The position numbers and the translations under genes were made by a program. 39,901 nucleotides of DNA from Octopus bimaculoides. Lineage: Eukaryota. Location of the stretch: the NCBI RefSeq assembly GCF_001194135.2, contig NC_068984.1:36550890-36590790 (forward strand). Direction: 5' to 3'. This document shows, in pieces, positions 22,422 to 34,410 of the stretch (its first letter is position 1; each line of letters begins with the position of its first letter). The notes below the pieces were generated by a model, which was not told the origin of the DNA, searched no databases, and worked only from the letters and a program-made list of their open reading frames with translations.

Positions 22422-24074
22422 CTATTATGCGACGTTGTAGTATTAAATGCAATGGCTGTAATAACGATCACGAAGGACAAATGGGAGTTGCTTTGAGGAC
22501 AAGATTCACTATCCGTAGGCAAGAAATGCGAGATTCTACGACTAGAGTCCTATATGTGAAAATTTAATGTTATGTGCAATAAAAAACACATCAAAATCCG
22601 TACCCATTTATATTGTTCTGAATCAACCACAAATACGCTCAAACTTATATGTTTATGAAAGCATAAATTACGAATGAATAACCTATAACACCATATCGTA
22701 GAGATACTGCTACTGAATTAACGCGTATGTGGCGGCCGGTTCGAATGATTTTTCTACATAGAATTTGAAACAGAAGCTAATCGAGGAATGACTTTATCGA
22801 TTGACTAGTCAACAGTTTTCTTTGGATAAGACATCAAATTGAATGACTAACTGACCTCGGGAAAAATTTAGTCAAATTCCAGAATTGCATTTAATAACGT
22901 CACGAGGGATCTAACCAATCAGGAATCCTTCAGCACTGATGTATGTCATTTCAAGAACTACTAGAACAGCAAAAGAAACGAATGCAATGAAGAGTAACCT
23001 CAACTTTATTTCTATACTCGACTTTATCATGGCAGCTAACGTCAAATATGACTTATTGCCACATGACATTTCTACGTAGAAACAACCACCAGAAATCTTT
23101 TTGCTGTGACAAAAACAGCATAGCTCTAGAACTCTCCATGTCATACAGTTTTTGGAAATCATAAAGCTGTGAAACTAGATAACTAATGTAAAGAATTTTT
23201 TTCATTTTCTTTTACCATACTTACAAATTCACACAGTTTTTAATACATAGTGCGAGTTAAGATACAAGTCTTGTAATAAATGTTTGAACTCTGTGTGTTG
23301 AGTTATAACGTGAAAGAGAGTGAATGAAAAGCATTTGAGTCATTTATTGGCAATACTTTGCTATCCATTCTAATGTTTGCCTCAGAGAAAACAAATGGAG
23401 AGGCACACACCTCGGACGGATATATATATATACATATATCCGTCGTTGGGAGTTGTGCTTTCACTTGTATGGTCGAGAAAAAACTGCTACTGAAATAATG
23501 CATATGTGGCGGCCGGCTCCAATGATTCTTCTACATGGTAACTTTTTAACGTAACTCTCAGTAGGTAACATAGTAAGTAAATTACACTCAATGGTTTTCT
23601 ATTCAGTTTTTATTTACTTAAGGTCATTCAGGGTCCCGGATTTAATTCTAGGGCGCTACGTGGCTTCTTGGTTTTCTGACATTTTCTCCTGCCTGTTACC
23701 GACATACATACGTATATGCGTGGTGCATGAATAGGTACTACCGTGTGTATTACGAATGAAAAAATTATATTCAGATAATTTTTCATTCGTACGATGCGGA
23801 TTAGAACACCGCTCTCTTTTTTAGCAAGTGAAGACGAAATAATAATTCTTTGTGTTCACGTGACTGTTTAAAGTGCAGGCGCTATGATTTTGGCGCGCTC
23901 TTTACTGTATAGGTGAAATGTAACGACTACTATTGCCCACGTGGTGAGTTAGTTCGCGCTGAAACTCACAAAGCAAAAGGGTTTCTCCAAATGTTAGTGT
24001 TATTTTTGAAAGTCATGTTGAAAAGTAATATTATTAAATATTGTTGAAAAGTTTTTGTGTGAACATGGATTTTT

Positions 24075-25191
24075 TTTTTTTGGTCTGCTTTTGTTACCAT
24101 TCCACCCCTGGTTTGAGGGGGAGAACGTTGTGTTATGCAGTCGTATTCCGACTTATAGTCCTCTGAGATGCGTTGATAGCATCTACAAGCTGAAGGGAAG
24201 TAAGAGTTTTGCAGCAGTAGCTACGAACTCGATTGAGGAGGCATCAATAAATAAGAAACAGTTGAAGAAATTCAAAAATTTAATAAAGTGTATCTGACGA
24301 AATTGTGACCCCGCCAAAGGAAGTAAGTCATAGAGTGGAAAAAGAAACAATTGTGTATAAAACGTTTCATTTGGAAAACAAAAGGATACAGATAGTATCA
24401 AAGGAAAAAATAGGAAAATGTCTGAAAGACATTGAGTGACATTACATACGTTACAAGACAAAGCAAGTACGTCACAGTGGAGGTGCGGTTTAAAACAAGA
24501 AAGGGCCAAGGTTTATTCTATGGCCTCCAGAAATGCGGCAGAGTTGGTGCTCCTCCAAACTTACCTTGGGAGACGTGCTTCCAGGGTAAGGGTGGAGGAG
24601 ATACCGCCGGAAGTGGAGGTTGGCTGGATTGTGACAGCTATTATAATGGGGATGGAGGATACAATCTTCATACTCCAAATTATCAAATTCCCGCATCGCA
24701 ACCGACAAGGCAAGGGATTGAAATGATCATCGAGGCCTCCCCAAAGGTGCTAGAGAACATAGCTGACACCATGTGGATACGCCATGACAGAAAATTGAGA
24801 GTATTAGTTGAGTGCAGGAGGGCGATGTTTCAAGTGTAGTCAGAAAGGCCACATTACAGCACACTGTCCTCCACTGCCAGTAGTAACACCACTATTTGGC
24901 CCCGGCAAAAAATTAACGGCACCTCCACCGACTGAAGGAACAGAAAAGGTGAAGAAGCAAGAGACACAGAACAGCGATTGGTCAACAGTGACAGAAGGAA
25001 AATGAAAAAGAAAGAAGACATGTTCACTACCCAAGGACTCCAGTCCCCACTCTTCTCCCGCTCCAGTTCCTCTAAACCCCGCTTTATCTAGTCCTCCTAA
25101 TGTAGATACCAATCCCCCTTAACGACCCACCCGCCCCAACCGCCTCTAATCCCAACCCTCCTCCCCACAGAAACACATGCAAACACAACAA
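24075..25191 (+). mobile_element. L1/Tx1-type ORF1 (gag-like, CCHC zinc knuckle), frameshifted; runs into an N-gap
   Basis: Joined across frameshifts: KGSKSFAAVA..., ITYVTRQSKYVTVEVRFKT, LLQTYLGRRASRVRVEEIPPEVEVGWIVTAI, MWIRHDRKLRVLVE.., CFKCSQKGHITAHC (C-x2-C-x4-H-x4-C), a Pro-rich linker and DWSTVTEGK. The 5' boundary after the T run is approximate. Confidence 0.75.
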
Positions 25192-26774
25192 NNNNNNNNN
25201 NNNNNNNNNNNNNNNNNNNNNNNNNNNNNNNNNNNNNNNNNNNNNNNNNNNNNNNNNNNNNNNNNNNNNNNNNNNNNNNNNNNNNNNNNNNNNNNNNNNN
25301 NNNNNNNNNNNNNNNNNNNNNNNNNNNNNNNNNNNNNNNNNNNNNNNNNNNNNNNNNNNNNNNNNNNNNNNNNNNNNNNNNNNNNNNNNNNNNNNNNNNN
25401 NNNNNNNNNNNNNNNNNNNNNNNNNNNNNNNNNNNNNNNNNNNNNNNNNNNNNNNNNNNNNNNNNNNNNNNNNNNNNNNNNNNNNNNNNNNNNNNNNNNN
25501 NNNNNNNNNNNNNNNNNNNNNNNNNNNNNNNNNNNNNNNNNNNNNNNNNNNNNNNNNNNNNNNNNNNNNNNNNNNNNNNNNNNNNNNNNNNNNNNNNNNN
25601 NNNNNNNNNNNNNNNNNNNNNNNNNNNNNNNNNNNNNNNNNNNNNNNNNNNNNNNNNNNNNNNNNNNNNNNNNNNNNNNNNNNNNNNNNNNNNNNNNNNN
25701 NNNNNNNNNNNNNNNNNNNNNNNNNNNNNNNNNNNNNNNNNNNNNNNNNNNNNNNNNNNNNNNNNNNNNNNNNNNNNNNNNNNNNNNNNNNNNNNNNNNN
25801 NNNNNNNNNNNNNNNNNNNNNNNNNNNNNNNNNNNNNNNNNNNNNNNNNNNNNNNNNNNNNNNNNNNNNNNNNNNNNNNNNNNNNNNNNNNNNNNNNNNN
25901 NNNNNNNNNNNNNNNNNNNNNNNNNNNNNNNNNNNNNNNNNNNNNNNNNNNNNNNNNNNNNNNNNNNNNNNNNNNNNNNNNNNNNNNNNNNNNNNNNNNN
26001 NNNNNNNNNNNNNNNNNNNNNNNNNNNNNNNNNNNNNNNNNNNNNNNNNNNNNNTAGTGAACTCGGCAATGTAAAGAAGGCGGAATCGTACCGTGAATTC
26101 GGAAGTAACAAGGGTCCAGTTGGAAATAAAAAGAAAGAGATAAAATCAAAATAAAAAATAGATCATTATACTGGTGAATAAAAGAAGAGCTCATCAAAAG
26201 AAGTCTACACATTTCAGAGGTAAAGGAGAGAACTCTCTAAAAATTTTGTAAGGAATCGTTCATTTATTCTATAAGTGTTATAGCCTCTTAATTAAAGTCC
26301 TTGAATGTTGCTTATACTCAACGGTTTTCTTTGTTATTTTCAACTCTTCTGATTTCTTTGACTACTGCTTCTTCCGCTCCAAGCAATTGGTTTGCTGAGC
26401 TCGCCTACGCGGTCTTCTGAGCTATCGAACAAGGACTGTTGTGTTGTAGGTGGTTTTGGGAGGCCGCGTGTGGTGTAACATGTCTGTTCGTGTTTTATTG
26501 CTTGTGTGTATACTTGTAAGCGTGTGTGTATGTATAAATAGCAAACATAGATGCAATGAATTTTTATTCACTCTATTACTAAGTAATACATAGTAGTTCT
26601 GAAATAGCAATGACGATGTTCTCATATCTATTTAGAATATATAAACGGTAGTCTCACAATTTTCCTTAAAATAGCTGTTAGTTAGAAGGCTGTACACATG
26701 CAACTTATAGTCGTACAAATTCATATCAAGATGTCATGAAATTTGTAATGGTCTCGAATTTTGACACAAGACAA

Positions 26775-26960
26775 GCAGTTTTTTAGAAGAGGGGCTAAGT
26801 AAAATACATTGACCCCAGTGCCCATCTGACACTTATTATATCAGCACCGAAATGTTGAAAAGCAAAGTAGACACTACCAGAATTTGACTTCAGATAGTAA
26901 AGAGATTGAAGAAATGCCCCCAAGCAATTTGTCTGACATGCTAACGATTGTACCAGCATT
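26775..26960 (-). mobile_element. Degenerate SINE family 1 copy
   Basis: attgaccccagtg...cacttattatatc...aaagcaaagtagac...gaatttgacttcag...atgctaacgattgtaccagc matches the family reverse complement. Confidence 0.7.
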
Positions 26961-28142
26961 TATAATAATCGTTTCTTTTTCGTGACTAAGTCACATTCGA
27001 TTAAACATTTCAAAGACGTAAAATATGGTCATAAATCTATTCTAAAGCTATTCATTCGCTTAAATATAACACATAGTGTTTCTGTCATCAAGGAATTGTT
27101 AAAGAGGTTAAAAGTGAACATTCATTGGTGTATGAAACAATCTCATCAATTTTACATGACGCAAGGATACCACAAGACCTTTCTGTAATTTAGAATGCCT
27201 CGCTGAATTAGTAAAACAAGAAGAGAAAGAGAAAATGAATATTTCCTGCACTTGTAGAATTTTCATAATTTATGTGAATGTTAATGAAAGTGAATTTGAC
27301 GTATACCTAATTTGCTACTTCAATGCGTCTACAGTAAAATATAATAAACCTTTTCATATTTACACACGCACACATAATTACACACAGCGCATACAGACTC
27401 TTAATATAAAAATTACATGTAGTAACTTATTCAAGCAATGGAGTCACGGATTTCTTACCATTAAATAAACACTATATGTTGGTAAGAGTTACAGATAGAT
27501 GAAATATATTTATATATATATATATATATANNNNNNNNNNNNNNNNNNNNNNNNNNNNNNNNNNNNNNNNNNNNNNNNNNNNNNNNNNNNNNNNNNNNNN
27601 NNNNNNNNNNNNNNNNNNNNNNNNNNNNNNNNNNNNNNNNNNNNNNNNNNNNNNNNNNNNNNNNNNNNNNNNNNNNNNNNNNNNNNNNNNNNNNNNNNNN
27701 NNNNNNNNNNNNNNNNNNNNNNNNNNNNNNNNNNNNNNNNNNNNNNNNNNNNNNNNNNNNNNNNNNNNNNNNNNNNNNNNNNNNNNNNNNNNNNNNNNNN
27801 NNNNNNNNNNNNNNNNNNNNNNNNNNNNNNNNNNNNNNNNNNNNNNNNNNNNNNNNNNNNNNNNNNNNNNNNNNNNNNNNNNNNNNNNNNNNNNNNNNNN
27901 NNNNNNNNNNNNNNNNNNNNNNNNNNNNNNNNNNNNNNNNNNNNNNNNNNNNNNNNNNNNNNNNNNNNNNNNNNNNNNNNNNNNNNNNNNNNNNNNNNNN
28001 NNNNNNNNNNNNNNNNNNNNNNNNNNNNNNNNNNNNNNNNNNNNNNNNNNNNNNNNNNNNNNNNNNNNNNNNNNNNNNNNNNNNNNNNNNNNNNNNNNNN
28101 NNNNNNNNNNNNNNNNNNNNNNNNNNNNNNNNNNNNNNNNNN

Positions 28143-28183
<41 letters not shown>

Positions 28184-28555
28184 GTATTATTTTGCCTGAC
28201 GCTCCGTTGGAATTGACTAACACCTGAACGTAAGAAATAAGTAATTTAATAGATTTTGTACCTGAGTTTCTTAGACAAACATTAAATATAATCATTAGGA
28301 ATCAGTTACGACAATTTGTGTAGGTATCACTGAATATATTAATTTGTCGCAGAAAATAGTCACAACGTTGCACTTTTAAAGTTTAATGAAATGATTACAA
28401 ATTTAAAACAAAAAAAGCAATTATCGTCGTCACTTGCCAGTGTCTATGAATTGGTGCTTTGCATCTTGTTGTCTCTAATTGCTTTCATTATCCATATATT
28501 CGCGATCAAATATATTTGCAGTCTGTCTTCTCTCTACATCTGTCTCCCAAGTACA

Positions 28556-28776
28556 TATTATAGGGTGTTGAAAAGTTCCTGGTTTCGGGTAAGAGGAAAT
28601 ACAGATGGATCAGTTAATTAAGATTTGTTTCAACATATCCTTCTCTCAGATTCAAACACTTATCGCAGCGGTCCTTCAGTTCTTCAAAACCTTGTAAAAG
28701 AACTCGGAATGTTGGGCCACTAATCAGTCCTTTCGCGAAACGCCTAAAGCCAGGAATTTTTCAGCACCATCTCGTA
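28556..28776. mobile_element. Tc1/mariner-type MITE (~220 bp) with ~30 bp imperfect TIRs and TA ends
   Basis: Left end tattatagggtgttgaaaagttcctggttt; reverse complement of the right end tacgagatggtgctgaaaaattcctggctt. No ORF. Confidence 0.8.
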
Positions 28777-29179
28777 CATAAACATGTGTGTGAATGCACG
28801 TGTGTGTTTGTATGCGTGCATGCGTGTTTGTGCGTGTGCATATACATACACACATATACAGAGAGTAGAAATGAATGAGACAAAGACAGACAAGGAAAAT
28901 GGCTTCATCGTGATCTATTCTATGAAATACTTTTCGAGAACACAAAACATTTTATAAGATGGCAAATAACAAGGAAACTGATTTGTTCTATGAAATATAA
29001 CAATAATTCATGCCTTATTTATATATCATCTGTTATAATATTGTATGACAACTGAGATATGGCCTGAGATTTGTTTACTAAATACATCAGAAATTTAAAA
29101 TATTATGTCTGAGGAATAGATTCATTCAAACCAATGAGTCATACTAGGTCTACACATGATTATGCATAACATACAGTAT

Positions 29180-29345
29180 ACATTTAACAACATAGTCACT
29201 TATGTCATCTTAGCAAACATCATCACAATCTCCATCGGCATCATCTCCATCACCGACATCATCATCACCACCGTAGTCGTAGCCATCATTATCATCATCA
29301 TCGTCATTATCATCATCATCATCATCCTGATTATCATCATTATCT
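29180..29345. repeat. Degenerate (CAT)n microsatellite
   Basis: Directly visible. Confidence 0.9.
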
Positions 29346-29749
29346 CATCACTTTCTTAGCGTTTACGTCATCACCAATATCCTTATTCTCATAAATACTT
29401 CACAATTATTTGTCATAATATATGTGATGTTTGACACCTTTATATTTAGTCACATATATTGTTTAGTCATTACTTGGTATAAAAGAGAATCACTTGAATT
29501 ATCTTATCAGAATAGCTTACAGTGTTATTCGTCTATAAACTAGTACAGTAGGAAATTGCGGTTGATGATGTGAATATTTTTAACAAATAAAAGAAATCTT
29601 TGGCACATTCTACAAACACCATTTGTTTTTTCCTCTAAGTTCTCAATTTCTCGCTAAATAAGCCTTATCTTATTGAATGATAGCATTGATACTATCAGCA
29701 ACAACATTTGCCATTGCAACATTTAATCACTCTTATAAATTCTAATATA

Positions 29750-30100
29750 TCTCTATATAGTCTTATATATTATTATTTCTTGTCGTCCACGTAGCCTTTG
29801 GGGAATTTCTCTTCTATTTTCTATCAATTACAAAGCAGTCATAAATGACAGCTTTCCGAAAGTTGGTCAACAAGTTTACCTATCTGTCGATAACGATGTT
29901 ATTGGCGTACTGCTGAATTTGTTACTGGTGTTTTCTTCCAATAGTTAATTGTTTGTTTGTGATATCCTAAAGTAGCTGCAGCTGCTGTTGATAGCATTCT
30001 CAAAGATAATGCTATTCTTTAGCTGCTTATTCCGAGAAACTTACCTGTTGTTAAATTGTTAAATTTCTTGTATACTATCGGTATTGGTCTTGTGAGTAGA
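29750..30100 (-). mobile_element. Possible ancient R4/Dong N-terminal relic
   Basis: Minus-strand pieces LSTAAAATLGY..YWKK, QIQQY and PQRLR resemble YAAA---GY..W-KRL..QI..QRLRRY. Weak. Confidence 0.25.
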
Positions 30101-30409
30101 GAAGAATTGTATATCATTGATGAGTAGTTTTCGCTGATTTTGGCATGTTATTTGGTTTTTATTTCCAAGTCAATCTTGAACAATCGGAATTATGATCAAA
30201 TATCCCCCATCCGTAATAAACGCATTGGTTTTTAAAGCTGTGTCGGATTAGAGATGCGCATGATTTCTTTTTAAATTCAAGACGGTAGTATGTGTTTTCG
30301 AAGTGTATATTTCTACTATTTCTAGCAGGTGACATCACGGTGCATAGGAGTTTTCGTTTTTGTTGATGTCACTTTTGTTGTTTCTGAGGATGAAGATGCT
30401 ATACATACA

Positions 30410-30740
30410 GACATACACATATACATCCATCCATCCATCCATCCATCCATCCATCCATACATACATACATATATACATACATACATGCATGCATACATAC
30501 ATACATACATACATGCATACATACACACATACAGATATACAGAGCCGAAGAAACAAATACACGTACATTCATATATACATATACGTATATACACATATAT
30601 ATATACATATAAATACACACATATACATACATGCATGCATACATACATACGTACATACATACATACATACATACATTCAAACATACATATATACATAGAT
30701 GCATACATGCATGAATATATGCTTACATACAGATAGACAT
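30410..30740. repeat. (CATC)n/(CATA)n/(CA)n compound microsatellite
   Basis: Directly visible. Confidence 0.95.
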
Positions 30741-31538
30741 AAAAATACAAGCACACACATTACAACTGCAAATATGTTTATGCGCGCGCCTTTGTGTGTG
30801 AAATAATATTTTCGCATTAATTGTGTGGGCGTTTGTGTATAAGAGAGTGTGTGTGTATGTGTGTGTGTGTGTGCGCGCGCTGATTTCGAGTTACGGTTAA
30901 AAGCATTCTGAGTAATGGTATTATTGTTGCTGCAGACACTGAAGATGCCGCAGTCGATGGAATTATCTTTTAATGCTGCTATTATTTTTAGTTCTTGTTA
31001 TTAATCTGCTGATGTCAATAAAATGCTGTTCCTAATGTGGTGATGAATGTTATTGATAATTTAAGATAATGCATAATTATATTTATAAAAAAAAATGCAC
31101 AAATGTAATTGTGTTTATTCAGACTTTCTTCCTGCTTAAAAGCATGTACAATGAAAGCATAGTAAAAGCATTTGAATAGCGCATATAAAAGAAAAAGCTA
31201 TAGAGGGAGAAAGGTAAAAAGGCAGAGAGAGCGAGAATAACAGAAAGGACAAAACGGAGAAGAATATAACGCCTGTGTCATATACAAGGCAATAAATATA
31301 TATATTACACAATGCACATGCATATGTACATGAAAGTATCACAACTCTGTTTACTATATACAAATAACCTCAGTTATTTCAGCGGAGTAAGAAAAACAAA
31401 ACAACGGGAGATATATACACAGATAAACAGATAATAATCACACCAAAACTAATATCATTTCAAACAGACAAATACACATAGACACCGCCAATTAAGAATA
31501 TATATGTGTGTGTGTTTGTGTGTATACATATACATATG

Positions 31539-31577
<39 letters not shown>

Positions 31578-32505
31578 NNNNNNNNNNNNNNNNNNNNNNN
31601 NNNNNNNNNNNNNNNNNNNNNNNNNNNNNNNNNNNNNNNNNNNNNNNNNNNNNNNNNNNNNNNNNNNNNNNNNNNNNNNNNNNNNNNNNNNNNNNNNNNN
31701 NNNNNNNNNNNNNNNNNNNNNNNNNNNNNNNNNNNNNNNNNNNNNNNNNNNNNNNNNNNNNNNNNNNNNNNNNNNNNNNNNNNNNNNNNNNNNNNNNNNN
31801 NNNNNNNNNNNNNNNNNNNNNNNNNNNNNNTATATACAAACATATGTATGTATATATACACACACGTATACACATACATAGCATATGTGTGTCTGTATTT
31901 GCGTCTTTGATTCTCTATATCTTTATTTACATATACTGTAGCAAACCAAAAACTGCCTTATTCGTAGCGAGGCATGTTCTTGTATAACTTGTATAGACAT
32001 GTATTCACCACCACAGCTGCTTGTGGATGCTTTTCCTCTGATACAGATTTCTAGCTTTATACGCCTATAATATTGAGCTAATACCGCTTCTCTAGCTAAC
32101 AGTATATAATGAAGAAATAAGTAATATAAGTATTCACTTTATACAGCTCAAACTATGAGCTAACTCCAACCCTCATTAGAGTTAATAGAATCACAAGTTT
32201 AAAATTTTAAAAGAAATGGTGGTTTAAATAATTTAATAATAATCGAATATTTGATCGGAGCATTCTCTTCGGGCATACGATATTAAACACAATATATAAT
32301 ATAAGGTATATTACGATGCTATATGGAATATAAAATTTTAGAAGAGCTCATAATATGAAGTCAGGCTAAATTAGAATCCTATAGTTTAATTATTTTTGAA
32401 AAATTTAAACGCTGAAAGATATTTGTGTCTACAGGTAATTATACGAAAAATATTTTATTGAGTAAACTATGTTTCTTGTCTCAGGTTATGTGGATCGCCT
32501 CCTTC

Positions 32506-33600
32506 GTTCAAAGCAATTAAATTTGCAGAGAAATTTACTAGTACCACGTCTTTGGAGAAAAATATATTTACCGCAAGGAAAACACTGATCTCCTTCAAAA
32601 ATAGTACATGGCCTCGATCTAACCTTCACGACGACTTTGATGTTACAATGGGAAGTTCGAATTCTGCCCAGGTCACACATATTGTTGGACTATTTCTAAT
32701 CTCTAAAATAAGGGAAGAATTCCCTAATATTAGTGGAGGCCTATATAGAGATGATGCCTTATTCTCTATATCTGAATCCTCCGCACAAGCAACTGATAGA
32801 ATTAGGTAACAATTAATAGAATGTGTTTAAATTATAGGAATTAGATATCATATTTTTCAAGTTTAGCAATAACGATACGGCGCAGAATAGGAACTATTCT
32901 GGGAGGAAACGGAAAATTGTATAGTTTACACTCCCTTTCTCCCTTCAGGTAAAAAAACCTCCCTAAGTTATTTTTTAGCATAATCCGTAGGAACTTCCCA
33001 CCTGGGCATAAATATCATTCTATATTTAATAGATCATGTCTTAATTTATCCTATTCCACCACACCCAATCTTGGATTTATCATCGTAGCAAATAACAGAC
33101 TTAAACTTAGAAATAACAAAACCATTAGAGATAACCTAGCTGATCCTAACACGAAGAACAATAATAAGGACTTGGATATTAAAAGTAGTAAGACTAAATA
33201 CGGAAACAAAATAAAAACATGTAATTGTCGTAATGGGGAAATTTGTCCCCTTAAAGGCTTCTGCTTAAAGAGAAATACCGTATATGAAGTCGAAGTCTTA
33301 ACCGTAAAAGAACCTATAAAGGTTTACACAGATAGTACTATTGACTTTAAAAGTAGATATAAGGCGCATATAAACTCGTTCGCTAACCACGAAACAAAAA
33401 AACTCAACTACACTAGCAACATACATTAACAGATTAAAAATGAACAACAAAGAATTCAGTATCAATTTGTCTATAATAAGGGAAGCCACACCATACAATA
33501 CACACACAAAGAATTGCGATTTATGCACAAAGGAGGCGATCCACATAATCCGAGCCAAGAAAAATAGTTTACTCAACAACTAAATTACGAAACTTTGTAT
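32506..33600 (+). mobile_element. Penelope-like element: RT core, thumb/linker and GIY-YIG endonuclease, internally deleted and frameshifted
   Basis: ARKTL..FDVTMGSSNSAQVTHIVGLFL..GLYRDDAL (cf. FDVTMGSYDGAE..VGL..LYRDDGL); RKIV*FTLPFS..FPPGHKYHSIFNRSCLNLSYSTTPN; TCNCRNGEICPLKGFCLKRNTVYEVEV..FKSRYKAHINSF..CDLCTKEAIHII..LLN. Subclade not determined. Confidence 0.9.
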
Positions 33601-33660
33601 TTCTAGATAAGTAAGACAGTTATTACAGTTTAGTAAGTCAGTATTAATAAATGCATTGAG

Positions 33661-33894
33661 TAGGGCGGCGAACTGGCAGAATCGTTAGCACGCCGGGCGA
33701 AATGCTTAGCAGTATTACGTCTGCCATTACGTTCTGGGTTCAAATTCCATGGAGGTCGATTTTACTACCCATCCTTTCGGGGTCGATTAAATAAGTACCA
33801 GTTACGCACTGGAGTCGATATAATCGACTTAATCCCTGTGTCTGTCCTTATTTGTCCCCTCTACGTTTATCCCCTGTGGGCAATAAAGTAATAA
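33661..33894 (+). mobile_element. Full-length tRNA-derived SINE (family 1) with a perfect 15-bp TSD
   Basis: A-box-like TGGCAGAATCG (33674-33684) and B-box GGTTCAAATTCC (33737-33748). Core catcctttcggggtcgattaaataagtaccag (Meta-domain-like, from recall). TSD aataaatgcattgag at 33646-33660 and 33895-33909. Confidence 0.95.
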
Positions 33895-34118
33895 AATAAA
33901 TGCATTGAGCCAAGCAAATCGATTTCATACCAAAACAGCTAGTAAATTCTGTAGTCTTGAAAAGTTGAGTAAATCAACTTAGAGAACTATATATTTAAAT
34001 AACTAAGTGTTTTTAAATATTGGTTTAAATCAAAATAAATCAAGTTATGAAAATTAATAATAAAGGTCAAGAAATCTTCGGAGAAAAGGTGCTGTCAAGT
34101 AACAACTTTTTTCTGAAG

Positions 34119-34158
34119 ATTTCCTGATGAAGGTGTAGTAACGCTGAAATATTGAAAT
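34119..34158 (+). ncRNA. Minimal type I hammerhead ribozyme in the Penelope-like element 3' region (CpG-eroded)
   Basis: AUUUC-CUGAUGA-A-GGUG-UAGUAA-CGCU-GAA-AUAU-U-GAAAU. Perfect 5-bp stem I, intact CUGAUGA and GAAA core, 4-bp stem II (two G.U pairs), palindromic AUAU stem III. Same strand as, and ~520 bp downstream of, the GIY-YIG. Confidence 0.8.
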
Positions 34159-34376
34159 ACAGATAAAAGTACAAACCATAAACTTGCATTAGCAGTTGTT
34201 TCGATAATTTGTATTGCTTTGGATTTATAAAAAATAATTAAAAATACACGTACACACGTGTATGTGTGTGTGTATCAGTCAACGCTTCATGGAAACAATA
34301 CTTCACAACTGTATATTTATAAGTTGGCCCAGCCTTGGTCACAGTCTCTCGCTGAAACGGATAACAGAATAAGAGA

Positions 34377-34410
<34 letters not shown>

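Noticed and set aside
26055-26420. Post-gap sequence as a continuation of the Tx1-like element or as a PLE N-terminus
   Set aside because: No APE, RT or convincing PLE motif in the frames I read.
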